Counted from the stretch's first letter, positions 30,239-39,461 are shown. The stretch: DNA of 64,000 nucleotides from a virus (IMGVR_UViG_3300031519_004880:1-64000), one strand, 5' to 3'. Translations and numbers: made by a program. Notes: generated from the sequence alone by a model not told the origin.

Positions 30239-31483
30239 ATGAGCAACACATATTTTACACAGGTATTAGACGAACCATATCACTTAGGAAATGGCGAATT
30301 TTTGTCAGTAATTACTAATGGTAAGGCACGTCACGAAGGCGAAGAAACAAGAGATTTTAACAAAGACGCAGGAGCAAGAGCAGGATTACTTAGAATAAAC
30401 GCTGATAAAACTACGTTTGTAGACTTTTTTGATAAAAGCGATAACGGTGATAGATATCGTGGTGTTGCAGTAGTAGGTAATACAGCATATGTAATGCGTA
30501 CACAAAAAGACAAAGTAGATAGCATCATTAGAGTTGCGGCAGTAGATTTAACAACTAATGAAGTTACAATGATTGAAGAAAAAGGTGTAAACGTACACGG
30601 CTCAGAAACTCCTAAAACATTCTGTGGACACTTTAACTTTGGTCGACCAATTACAGTTGGTACTAAAATTATTTACCCACCGGTTATGAGTGGAATGATT
30701 ATTGTGTTTGATACTGTTGCTAATACATTTACTGTACATGAAACCGGAGAGAAGTTTGCTTCTATCCATAGTGTGTATGTGGAATCATTAAATGAAGTTG
30801 TGTTTTTTCCATATGGTAAAACAACTGATATGTTGATAACATTAGATCTTGAAACAAACAAAATTACACCACACACAGCACCAACTAAAGGTGCATTTTA
30901 TCATGTCAACACTAACGGCAACAAAGCAGTTGGTGCTCCATTAATTATGGATGAAACTACAGAGTTTAACTTCTGGGTATACGATGGTGATACTGTTAAG
31001 TCAGTTGCTTATGATTCGTCTAGTACAGATGACATGGGCGGACAGATGGGTTTCAAATACGGAACTATGAATGGTAACACACTATTAACACATACTTGTT
31101 GGGAAGGCTGTAAAGAGTTTGTATCATTAAACTTAGATACACTTGCTATTGATAGCTTTGAAACTAATGAGTCACTAGGTAGTAAGCCAGTTATTAATGC
31201 TGGAGACGTTTACTTGTTTCCGTCAATACAAAACCCAAGCATGGTAAATCCAACAACTAAAGTTTTTAAAGTTGAAGGCAATGCAATTAATGAAGTTATG
31301 GACTTAGGTACTGCAAACATTACTTCAGGATCAATTAACGATACTGATAGTGTTACAATGTTAGCACCTTACAAGTTTGATCTTAGTGATGCTGGCCTTG
31401 CTGGTGATATGTCTATTGTAGACCTTGATGCTAAAACTTCCAAACTTGTTCCTGTTAGTCTAAGTTTAGAAACTTATAATTAA
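30239..31483 (+). CDS. Divergent beta-propeller/beta-rich protein
   Basis: Repeats GTKIIYPP, NEVVFFPYG, GDVYLFPS resembling 20868 and 21991. Confidence 0.5.
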   Translation: MSNTYFTQVLDEPYHLGNGEFLSVITNGKARHEGEETRDFNKDAGARAGLLRINADKTTFVDFFDKSDNGDRYRGVAVVGNTAYVMRTQKDKVDSIIRVAAVDLTTNEVTMIEEKGVNVHGSETPKTFCGHFNFGRPITVGTKIIYPPVMSGMIIVFDTVANTFTVHETGEKFASIHSVYVESLNEVVFFPYGKTTDMLITLDLETNKITPHTAPTKGAFYHVNTNGNKAVGAPLIMDETTEFNFWVYDGDTVKSVAYDSSSTDDMGGQMGFKYGTMNGNTLLTHTCWEGCKEFVSLNLDTLAIDSFETNESLGSKPVINAGDVYLFPSIQNPSMVNPTTKVFKVEGNAINEVMDLGTANITSGSINDTDSVTMLAPYKFDLSDAGLAGDMSIVDLDAKTSKLVPVSLSLETYN

Positions 31484-31495
31484 TAGGGTTAGCCT

Positions 31496-32680
31496 ATGAA
31501 AATTAATATTGTAGGTGGTGGAAGTGCAGGATGGCTAACTGCCGCATATCTTGCAACAAAAACTGATCACAACGTGACAGTAATAGAAAGTCCTAATATT
31601 CCTATTGTTGGAGTAGGGGAAAGCACTATTCCTAGTATTTCAACCTTCTTAGATGAAATCGGTGTTACTGAACAAGATCTATTTGAAGGATGCGGAGCAG
31701 TTCGTAAATATACAATCCAACACAATAACTGGAATGGTGAAAACGAATCATGGTATCACCATTTTTGTTTTGATGAAACAGAACACGACGAACAGTTAAA
31801 ATGGATGAAGGATTATATTAAGCCTGATAAAGAATGGCGTTGGGCATACCACTTAGATGCAACTCGCTTAGGTAATGTTATTCGTGATAAATCTGCTATT
31901 CCTAACGGTGTTAAACATATAAGCGATACAGTTGTATCTGTTGACACTGATGATAACGGTATTACAGGTATAAAATGCGAAAACGGATATTATACGGCAG
32001 ATCTATATATTGATTGTACAGGATTTAAAAGTTTACTTAGAGGTAAACTAGGTGTTGAATATAAAAAACATAAAGCATTAATCAATGATTATGCAGTATG
32101 TGGACCAGGAGCATATTTAGAAGGCGAACAACCATTACCATATACACAAACTTTTAGTATGGACTACGGTTGGCGTTGGCGTGTAAGCATACAAGAACGC
32201 ACAGGTAACGGATATGCATTTAATTCTAAGATGATTAATGTTGAAGATGCTAAAAAAGAATTTATTGCAAAAACACCTGGTATTAAAAAAGATAAAGTTT
32301 TTGTAGTTCCTATTAAAAACAGTTATAATCCAGAACCTTGGAAAAAGAATGTATTAAGTTTAGGACTAAGTTGCGGATTTTTAGAACCTCTTGAAGCAAC
32401 AGGTTTGTTTTTAGTACACGGTCCTGTAATGATGTTAGAAAAACTTTTAGATGATCCTAAAGGAAGCAAAAAGTTTAATCGAGTATGGACTGCACTATAC
32501 GAACACTTAGCAGATTTCTTATCAATGCATTATAAGACTAGCAAATTAGATCATACAGAGTACTGGAAAAGTTTTGATAAAGTTAACAATGTTAAATTGC
32601 CTGCAACAAAACAGGTGTTATTTTGCAAATATAGTTTTAGAACTTTAGCGAATGCTCGCGAGCTTCCGTATACTTCATAA
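31496..32680 (+). CDS. Flavin-dependent (tryptophan-halogenase family) halogenase, short form
   Basis: IVGGGSAG, GVGESTIP, AVRKYTI (position of catalytic Lys), LYIDCTGF, WRWRVS (WxWxIP variant), GFLEPLEATG. Confidence 0.9.
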   Translation: MKINIVGGGSAGWLTAAYLATKTDHNVTVIESPNIPIVGVGESTIPSISTFLDEIGVTEQDLFEGCGAVRKYTIQHNNWNGENESWYHHFCFDETEHDEQLKWMKDYIKPDKEWRWAYHLDATRLGNVIRDKSAIPNGVKHISDTVVSVDTDDNGITGIKCENGYYTADLYIDCTGFKSLLRGKLGVEYKKHKALINDYAVCGPGAYLEGEQPLPYTQTFSMDYGWRWRVSIQERTGNGYAFNSKMINVEDAKKEFIAKTPGIKKDKVFVVPIKNSYNPEPWKKNVLSLGLSCGFLEPLEATGLFLVHGPVMMLEKLLDDPKGSKKFNRVWTALYEHLADFLSMHYKTSKLDHTEYWKSFDKVNNVKLPATKQVLFCKYSFRTLANARELPYTS

Positions 32681-33167
32681 CATCAATACGCCACAAATTC
32701 TGTGGAACATTATACAACATTATCTCTTTTTCAAGAGTCCATATACCACGTTTTGCTAATAGTGGCATCATAACATCGTTCATGCGTTTACTTTTGCCGC
32801 CATCGTCATTTATATTAGTACTAATGTAAAGTTCGGCATTAGGGTTTTGTTCTAACGCCCATTTAATTTGTAAATATAATAACTGGCTTAATTGTATTCC
32901 TGTTTTAAAAATATCTCTACCTGTGCCTAGTGTATACCCAGGAAGTTGAGCTCCGCGGAATAAACATCTATATGCATCTGGACTAACTTCAGGAAGTTCG
33001 TGTGTACCAGCAATACTAACAATTTTATTATCAACTAGAGCCGCAGTCCATAACGGACAGCTATTCCATTTCATTTTTTCAAGTGAGGTGTTATTACTGT
33101 ACTGTTGTGAGTTGCAAAATTCTTGAACAAGAGGTGTGTCGTCTTTGGTTAGTAATCTAAAACGCAT
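32637..33167 (-). CDS. GNAT-like acyltransferase (putative)
   Basis: WTAALVDNKIVSIAG...YRCLFRGAQLPGY pattern typical of the GNAT beta3-beta4 region. Confidence 0.5.
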   Translation of the reverse strand: MRFRLLTKDDTPLVQEFCNSQQYSNNTSLEKMKWNSCPLWTAALVDNKIVSIAGTHELPEVSPDAYRCLFRGAQLPGYTLGTGRDIFKTGIQLSQLLYLQIKWALEQNPNAELYISTNINDDGGKSKRMNDVMMPLLAKRGIWTLEKEIMLYNVPQNLWRIDVMKYTEAREHSLKF

Positions 33168-33825
33168 TTTTCCAAGTACGTCCTTTTGCTGTCTTTACTC
33201 TATGTGAAAATGTTTTAGTTTCCATATCAAATATATCACCTGTAGAGCGACCGTTAATAATACATTCGCCTAACTTAGAAGTAGCAGTTAACGGATTAAA
33301 CATTACATGCGTATCCATTGTGTTAATAGTATTAAAGTCAAAATTAGGACTATCATACCCAATCATTACCGGCGGTGGAAATTCAGTCATGCCATACCAA
33401 TTAGCTACAACTTGTACACCACGTTCTTTAAACGCATCAATAAAACTTTGTTCTACTTTATTTGAACCTGTAGCCATGTAACGTACACAACTCATATCTA
33501 AGTCTTTAAATCCCTTTGTGTGTTGTAGTAGTTCTAAGTGACGCGGTATTAACGCTATAAACGTCGGTTTAACGCTATTAAAAAGCTCAGGGTAGGTGTG
33601 AGCATTAAATGCTGTACAAACGTACTGTGCGCCGCTTATATAAGCTGGCAGAGCGGTTATAGTGTAGTGTGCTATAGTGTTTGCAGGAAACACATCAAGT
33701 ACTATATCGTCTTTAGTTAGACCAATTTCGTCAACACTTTTTTGGGCACAACGATTAATGTACGACCATTTGTGCGATACAATCTTAGGTTCGTCTGTAC
33801 TTCCAGATGTGAATAGCGTAAGCAT
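33157..33825 (-). CDS. Minimal adenylate-forming (AMP-binding/ANL) enzyme
   Basis: FTSGSTDEPK (A3), YGMTE (A5), STGDIF (A7); only 222 aa. Confidence 0.85.
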   Translation of the reverse strand: MLTLFTSGSTDEPKIVSHKWSYINRCAQKSVDEIGLTKDDIVLDVFPANTIAHYTITALPAYISGAQYVCTAFNAHTYPELFNSVKPTFIALIPRHLELLQHTKGFKDLDMSCVRYMATGSNKVEQSFIDAFKERGVQVVANWYGMTEFPPPVMIGYDSPNFDFNTINTMDTHVMFNPLTATSKLGECIINGRSTGDIFDMETKTFSHRVKTAKGRTWKNAF

Positions 33826-33830
33826 ATACT

Positions 33831-33836
33831 TACTTA
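33831..33836 (-). promoter_or_regulatory. Late promoter variant; probably leaderless
   Basis: TAAGTA-AGTAT-ATG(33825). Confidence 0.35.
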
Positions 33837-33869
33837 TTTGATAATTGTTGTTATGATTCTAGTTGTGAA

Positions 33870-35243
33870 TTAAGCTATTAACTTGACCCAAGCCGCACCG
33901 TCATAGAACACAGGATAAGGGTTACCTGAGCCTACACTAACTGGATCCCATGTTGCTCTGTCAGCAACTGCAATCATACCTAGTGTTGGTGTGTTTGGTT
34001 CTGTGGCTAGTGATTTTAATTTTGCAAAACCATTAACGTCTAATGTAGCTAGAGGCACATATGAAATAGTATTAGCAATAGCCATACTACCATTTGCTGA
34101 AATACTTGTTGCAACTAAGTCTGGTGCTGATCCTGTACCGTTGTTATTGATAAGCATTATCTTACCTTTGGCAGTATCGTTTGCCGCTGTTGTATTTGGA
34201 TCAATTTGGAAAGTAATAACACTTGCTGGAACCTGTGCATCTGTTGCCGCATCATAACTCTGAGCACTAAACGCACCTAAGTAGTCGCCTGCTGTACCCT
34301 GTACCGGAGTTTGTATATCACCATGTCTAGCAGTGAATGTAAATTTACTTACACCACCAAAGCTACTTTGTCCTAGAGTAACTAGATCAACTGGAGGACT
34401 ACCGTCTACTGTAGTAATTTGTAAGCCTGTACTATTTGAATCAGTAACGTCACCTACTTTAATATTAAGTCCGTTTCTAATTCTTAATGTATCACCCGTG
34501 GCATAAATTGAACCGTTATCAAGTAATACAGTTCCGCCAACACCGTCAATTAGTGCAGTACTATCGTCAGCATATACTGAGCCTGTCATGTCACCGTCAA
34601 GTATACCTTGGAACATTGGAGCAATAACAGTACCTGTAAATGTACCTGTTCCTGCGTTAACTGATTTTAGTGCTGGGTTGTAAAAAGTTGTAGCATCGTT
34701 TGCTTTAACTGTACCTGTTAGCTCTCCTGACACTTGGACAGCGCCGGTAGCAACATTTAATAATACAGTAGAGTCATTACCAATAACGTTAGCATTAATA
34801 CTAAGTGCATCAATTTGATCAGTTACAGTAAGTGTATTAAGGTGTGCGCCTGCAAACCTTTGTGTTGGAGCACCTAAACTTCTAGCACCATCAACATCTG
34901 GTATAATATCTGATTCAATTTTAGCTGATAAATTTATAGTATCAGCAGATGAATCACCAATAGTAATATTGCCGCCAATAGTTAAATTGCCGTCTGTAGT
35001 AATATTACCAGTAGCAGTAATGTTTCCTGCTATGTTTACATTACCTGTACCGTTTAAATTATAATTATTTAGATCTAAGTCAGCACCAAGAAACGTACCA
35101 GCTGTATCAACTGCTAATCCGCCTGCTGTGGTTCCATCACCTACATACAGCTTTTTAGTATCTGTTGTATAGATCAACTCACCATCTAAGGGAGTTATAA
35201 GGCCCCTCTGGGCGTTCGTTCCTCGTCTTAATCTTAAAGCCAT
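33870..35243 (-). CDS. Tail/virion fibre protein (Mtd/hyaluronidase-type N-terminal anchor)
   Basis: MALRLRRGT...GELIYTTDTKKLYVGDG; NGTGNVNIAGNITATGNI repeats. Confidence 0.8.
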   Translation of the reverse strand: MALRLRRGTNAQRGLITPLDGELIYTTDTKKLYVGDGTTAGGLAVDTAGTFLGADLDLNNYNLNGTGNVNIAGNITATGNITTDGNLTIGGNITIGDSSADTINLSAKIESDIIPDVDGARSLGAPTQRFAGAHLNTLTVTDQIDALSINANVIGNDSTVLLNVATGAVQVSGELTGTVKANDATTFYNPALKSVNAGTGTFTGTVIAPMFQGILDGDMTGSVYADDSTALIDGVGGTVLLDNGSIYATGDTLRIRNGLNIKVGDVTDSNSTGLQITTVDGSPPVDLVTLGQSSFGGVSKFTFTARHGDIQTPVQGTAGDYLGAFSAQSYDAATDAQVPASVITFQIDPNTTAANDTAKGKIMLINNNGTGSAPDLVATSISANGSMAIANTISYVPLATLDVNGFAKLKSLATEPNTPTLGMIAVADRATWDPVSVGSGNPYPVFYDGAAWVKLIA

Positions 35244-35271
35244 TTATAGCACTCCTAGTATCTTATGTATG

Positions 35272-35278
35272 TATTTAT
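35272..35278 (-). promoter_or_regulatory. Late promoter of the fibre gene
   Basis: ATAAATA ... AGGAG ... ATG 35243. Confidence 0.65.
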
Positions 35279-35292
35279 GCCATTAAGCTAAT

Positions 35293-35610
35293 TTACTTCC
35301 GCTTCTTCAAAAACTGTTTAGTACGCTTCTGCACGTCATTCTTAACACGTTCTGAATCTACTCGGAAATCAACGTTCTTGATAGCAGTACTGTATGTATC
35401 AAACAGTTCGTTAAGCGATCTTTCAACCTCTTTTAAAGGGTCTACTAAAGACTTATCTCGTATCTGAATCTCCCATTTTTTACCGTTATGGAAGTGTACA
35501 GTAATGCTTTCTACATATTCTAGCGGAATGGCATCGATATCAATATCTTTAAATACTTCAGGCCATTTAGCTATTACGTCTTGTGGAAGCCGCTTCTTAC
35601 GACTTGCCAC
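35293..35610 (-). CDS. Hypothetical protein
   Basis: Likely GTG start 35610 (MASRKKRLPQDVIAKW) overlapping the upstream stop. Confidence 0.55.
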   Translation of the reverse strand: MASRKKRLPQDVIAKWPEVFKDIDIDAIPLEYVESITVHFHNGKKWEIQIRDKSLVDPLKEVERSLNELFDTYSTAIKNVDFRVDSERVKNDVQKRTKQFLKKRK

Positions 35611-36196
35611 GGCCGGTCGCCTTTTTAACAGGTGCCAGTTCGTCCGCTTGTTTACGTAGATCTGTTGCTTCTTTAAATAGTCGATCAGCATCAGCTCTAT
35701 ATTGCTTTGCAAGATCATCGTCTGTCAACGGTGCATCTTTTGCCGCAACTGCTTCAGCTTGTGCCGCTGGAGTTGTTGGAGCACTTGCACTACCTACTTC
35801 TTTAACAGAGCTTCCGCCTACTGCTAAATCAGAGATAGTAACGCCTTTTTGATCAGCAATTACTTTATTAAGTTCACTTAATACAATAGTTGCAGTATTA
35901 TCAGGTGTCATTGTAATATCAGTAGTTGGTATTTTTGTTAACTTTCCTTTTGAGTGAAAAGCTGGTAACATAGTACTACCATCTGATAATTGAGTCCTTT
36001 GCATTGCATCTGCTAGTTCTTCAGCAGTTTGTCCTGCGTTACTCTCGATTAGATTCATTAGTGTATCATGATCTTGATCTGATAAGTTTTCTGTTTGTAC
36101 TACTAAACAATGTTCTGGATCGTCTGGTAGTGTTCTAAATGCGACAGCAACTTTACGTCCTGTCTTAGTTAGTCTTCCAATGTGCTTTAAAGCCAT
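35597..36196 (-). CDS. Hypothetical phage protein
   Basis: 199 aa, SD GGAG, C-terminal coiled coil. Confidence 0.7.
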   Translation of the reverse strand: MALKHIGRLTKTGRKVAVAFRTLPDDPEHCLVVQTENLSDQDHDTLMNLIESNAGQTAEELADAMQRTQLSDGSTMLPAFHSKGKLTKIPTTDITMTPDNTATIVLSELNKVIADQKGVTISDLAVGGSSVKEVGSASAPTTPAAQAEAVAAKDAPLTDDDLAKQYRADADRLFKEATDLRKQADELAPVKKATGRGKS

Positions 36197-36210
36197 TTTA
36201 TTTTCTCCTG

Positions 36211-36552
36211 TTAAGCGCCTAATACAGCTGATGCGTCTGCACTAGATACTTCACCTGGTGCTTTTGCCGGTTGTGCCGGTGCGTTAGCTGATTCGCCTAC
36301 TTGTTGATTTTGTACCGTTGTTAGAAATGTGTCTAATTTATTAAACGTTTTTCCAACTGCTTCAAGTTCAGTAGCTTTAAATGCTCCACGACTCTGTGCA
36401 ACTTCGATAATAGTTTTCAAAACACCTAGGTCTTGTACAGTTAGTTCTGCACCGGCCTGTGTTGCTGGAGCACCACCCGGCATAGGAGCCTGGCCTGCGC
36501 CATCTTTTCCTACTGCTGGTGTTGATGCAACCTTTGTTGTATCTTCTGACAT
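36211..36552 (-). CDS. Hypothetical protein (A/P/Q-rich ends, helical core)
   Basis: SD AAGGAG; TAAATA at 36611-36606. Confidence 0.7.
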   Translation of the reverse strand: MSEDTTKVASTPAVGKDGAGQAPMPGGAPATQAGAELTVQDLGVLKTIIEVAQSRGAFKATELEAVGKTFNKLDTFLTTVQNQQVGESANAPAQPAKAPGEVSSADASAVLGA

Positions 36553-36621
36553 TATATTCTCCTTGTTTTGATCATAACAAACATACTTCAGTTATATGCT
36601 AGTATTATTTACTCTTTGTAT

Positions 36622-36912
36622 TTAATTGTATTTTAAATGTGGACAAGCTAACATGAAATAACTAAGCTCTCGATGTTGTTCAAATCCAATTCTAAGTGTT
36701 GGTGTATACGCAGTTGGCCCGTTTTCTACTATTGATAATGTTCTACCAATATAATACCTACCCTTCAAATTATGGGCAATCCATTTGCGTATAGAATCTT
36801 CCATGTTATAACGAGGTGCAATATTGCAGAACTCGTAGTGTTTGGGAGCAGTTTTTGACTCTCTTATATCAAAAAAATCAAATGCATTAGGCGTCTTATT
36901 TTTATTCAGCAC
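36622..36912 (-). CDS. Hypothetical protein
   Basis: 96 aa, GTG start coupled to the VWA gene. Confidence 0.6.
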   Translation of the reverse strand: MLNKNKTPNAFDFFDIRESKTAPKHYEFCNIAPRYNMEDSIRKWIAHNLKGRYYIGRTLSIVENGPTAYTPTLRIGFEQHRELSYFMLACPHLKYN

Positions 36913-38183
36913 TAATTTCCTTCTTCATAATGTGCAGTAACCCCAAAAGGTGCCTGCAAGTTTTTATCGTGGTGTCCGTGAATAACAAAAATTGTTTCAC
37001 AATAATCTTCATCACCCCAGCTATCCCAAGGATAACCATCTGTAAACATAATAAACTTCTTAGGAAGAATATCATTTTCTTTCATGTACTCCCAGTTAGC
37101 AGTAAAATCTGTACCACCACCGCCCATAAGCTGGTAGTCGTTTATATCACTTGCTTGGTCTGCACTAAAGTCTTGTTCGTTATATACCTTAGTGTCAAAA
37201 CACCAAATCTTAATATTGTAGTCTGCATATTCTGACATAATACCTTGTACTTCACTTAGGAAGTCTTTACCTTGTACAGAACCAATTGAACCCGACATGT
37301 CTATAGCAATACAAATATCAATAGTTTCTTGGAAGTTCATACCTGGTAATATTGCACCAATGTGCCAACCCTTACGTGAAGGACGACTAAATGTAAAATC
37401 ATTACGTATAGTAGTTTGTATCTGCATACGTAGTAACTCACGCCAAGTCATCTTAGGCTCTGTAAGTTCTTTAATCATACGTTCAACTTCACCAGGAACA
37501 TTACCTGCACCAGCCGCCTGTGCCGCTGACAACATGTTCTCTTTAATCTCGTCACGTATCTTTTTAAGTTCTTCTTTTGAATATGAAGGCTTAGGATTAT
37601 TACCTTTACTGCCTCCGCTCTTTGGACTAGGTTGACCGGAATCACTATCTTTATCCCAATCAATATGTTCGTCTAGTAATTCACCAAGTTGTTTTAATTC
37701 TTCTTCGTCATACTTTTCAAAGATATCATCGTATACTGCTTCACTGGTCCATTTTTCGTATTTAAAGTCTTGGAATATTTTAATATCTTTAGGCTTTTCT
37801 CCAATACGATCACGTACTAGTGTATTGTTTACAATATAGTCTGCCGCAATATTATGTATCTGTGGATCTCTATCTTCACGTCTTGTCATATGATCAAATA
37901 CACAATGTAAAATTTCATGTGCAATTACGAACTCAATCTCTTTGTTAGACATCTTAGCAAAGAAAGGAACACTATAAAACAAATGACGACCATCTGTTGC
38001 CGCAGTAGGACACCAATCACTTGCTTCTTTAATAATAAGACGTGTTGCCATATTACCAAAAAATGGATGACGTAGTAGTAACCCAACTCTTGCTACAATG
38101 ATCCTATCCAATACTTCTTCACGAAGTTCTTGAGTAATTTCTATTTCTGTAGTTTGTGGTTCTAAAGTAATTGCTGATGTCAT
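36912..38183 (-). CDS. Metallopeptidase-like (HExxH) plus VWA domain protein (DUF2201-like)
   Basis: TAATDG, AHEILH, AIDMSGSI (MIDAS), GGGGTDF, FTDG. Confidence 0.85.
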   Translation of the reverse strand: MTSAITLEPQTTEIEITQELREEVLDRIIVARVGLLLRHPFFGNMATRLIIKEASDWCPTAATDGRHLFYSVPFFAKMSNKEIEFVIAHEILHCVFDHMTRREDRDPQIHNIAADYIVNNTLVRDRIGEKPKDIKIFQDFKYEKWTSEAVYDDIFEKYDEEELKQLGELLDEHIDWDKDSDSGQPSPKSGGSKGNNPKPSYSKEELKKIRDEIKENMLSAAQAAGAGNVPGEVERMIKELTEPKMTWRELLRMQIQTTIRNDFTFSRPSRKGWHIGAILPGMNFQETIDICIAIDMSGSIGSVQGKDFLSEVQGIMSEYADYNIKIWCFDTKVYNEQDFSADQASDINDYQLMGGGGTDFTANWEYMKENDILPKKFIMFTDGYPWDSWGDEDYCETIFVIHGHHDKNLQAPFGVTAHYEEGN

Positions 38184-38214
38184 GTGCCTGTTCCCTTTCC
38201 CTTATTGTTCTTAT

Positions 38215-38243
38215 AGTATACTACTATTTAAGACGTTTGTCAA
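38215..38243 (-). promoter_or_regulatory. sigma70 promoter with embedded TAAATA
   Basis: TTGACA-AACGTCTTAAATAGTAG-TATACT. Confidence 0.75.
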
Positions 38244-38251
38244 CCAAAGAA

Positions 38252-38286
38252 TTATGGGTAGAGCACCGAAAATACTCTACCCATAA
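38252..38286 (-). terminator. Rho-independent terminator after the AAA ATPase
   Basis: 12-bp perfect stem TTATGGGTAGAG/CTCTACCCATAA followed by TTCTTT on the minus strand. Confidence 0.8.
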
Positions 38287-38292
38287 ACCTAG

Positions 38293-39378
38293 TTAGCTTG
38301 CCTGTGCGGCAGTAATATACTTACCGTACTTTTCATGGAACTCATCAAAACATTCAACTTCGTCTGGATCGATTGGAAGTTGATATTGTGTAAGGCCTAG
38401 TTTGATACCCATTACTACTAATTCAGTATCAAAGTTATCCATTGAGAACCTTAAGAAGTTATTAACCATATCGTCAAACTTCTTATTGCCTTTATCGTTT
38501 GCTTCTTTAAGCTCGTAGCATAAAGACACAGTCAAGGAATACATGGCACTGATTTCTCGTGTGTCTAAAGTCTTAACCTTACCGTTCAAAATATCTGTTG
38601 GGTTAGGTAGCTTAGAAGCAATTTTACGATGGGCCATGAACTTTACAGCAAGTCCTTCGCCAACTGTACCACTAACTAAATCAGTAGTGGTATTCTCGTC
38701 ATCATCATCCTCTAGTAGTTCGGATACAAATGACCAAGAACGCGGTGTAGCAAATGAACGACTTGGACTTTTTGGATCAAAGTCATATAAGTCTTTCTTT
38801 GCAAATGTTAAGTAACCAACAACATCGTTATGTATGTTGTTTAAAACAGCCCACTGGAACCAATCGTCAAAATCAACTTTAAGTTCTAAGTGAACAAATC
38901 TGTTTGCTAACGGAGCAGGCATTCTATAAGTAACACCTTTGTCTGCATCTCTGTTACCAGCCGCTACAATAAGAACGTTATCAGGTAATTCATAAGTACC
39001 AACCTTACGGTTAAGAATTAATTGATAAGCCGCCGCTTGTACTGCCGGTGCCGCAGAGTTCATTTCGTCTAAGAATAACACAATGAACTTATGTTTTTTA
39101 GCAAATGCTTTTGATGGAAGTTCAGCTGGTGCCGCCCACTCCATAGTATTTGATGTTGAATTATAAAACGGAATACCTTTAATATCTGTAGGATCCCATA
39201 ATGATAAACGAATGTCAATCATGTAAGCATCAATTTCGGTTGATATTTGACTTACAATGTCTGACTTACCAATACCTGGTGCTCCCCAAATAAAGATAGG
39301 ACGCTTCTTTTTAAAAGCCCGAACAATGCTCTTCTTTGCAGAGTTTGGACTTACTGTTCTAACTGCTATATTTTCCAT
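38293..39378 (-). CDS. MoxR-like AAA+ ATPase
   Basis: WGAPGIGKS (Walker A), LFLDEMN (Walker B), AAGNR, LANRF; likely start ATG 39378 after GAGG. Confidence 0.9.
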   Translation of the reverse strand: MENIAVRTVSPNSAKKSIVRAFKKKRPIFIWGAPGIGKSDIVSQISTEIDAYMIDIRLSLWDPTDIKGIPFYNSTSNTMEWAAPAELPSKAFAKKHKFIVLFLDEMNSAAPAVQAAAYQLILNRKVGTYELPDNVLIVAAGNRDADKGVTYRMPAPLANRFVHLELKVDFDDWFQWAVLNNIHNDVVGYLTFAKKDLYDFDPKSPSRSFATPRSWSFVSELLEDDDDENTTTDLVSGTVGEGLAVKFMAHRKIASKLPNPTDILNGKVKTLDTREISAMYSLTVSLCYELKEANDKGNKKFDDMVNNFLRFSMDNFDTELVVMGIKLGLTQYQLPIDPDEVECFDEFHEKYGKYITAAQAS

Positions 39379-39432
39379 GCTATATTCCTCTTCTGTTATC
39401 AGTGCCATACGTTGTTTTCTAATTATGTATAT

Positions 39433-39461
39433 ATTATAGCACCTCGTTTCCAAAAGGTCAA
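39433..39461 (-). promoter_or_regulatory. sigma70 promoter (extended -10)
   Basis: TTGACC-17 nt-TATAAT with TGn. Confidence 0.75.

Noticed and set aside
32637-32680. 44-nt convergent overlap (also 23 nt at 7300-7322) as evidence of frameshift or antisense control
   Set aside because: Short 3' overlaps are common in compact phage genomes, and both proteins end plausibly.
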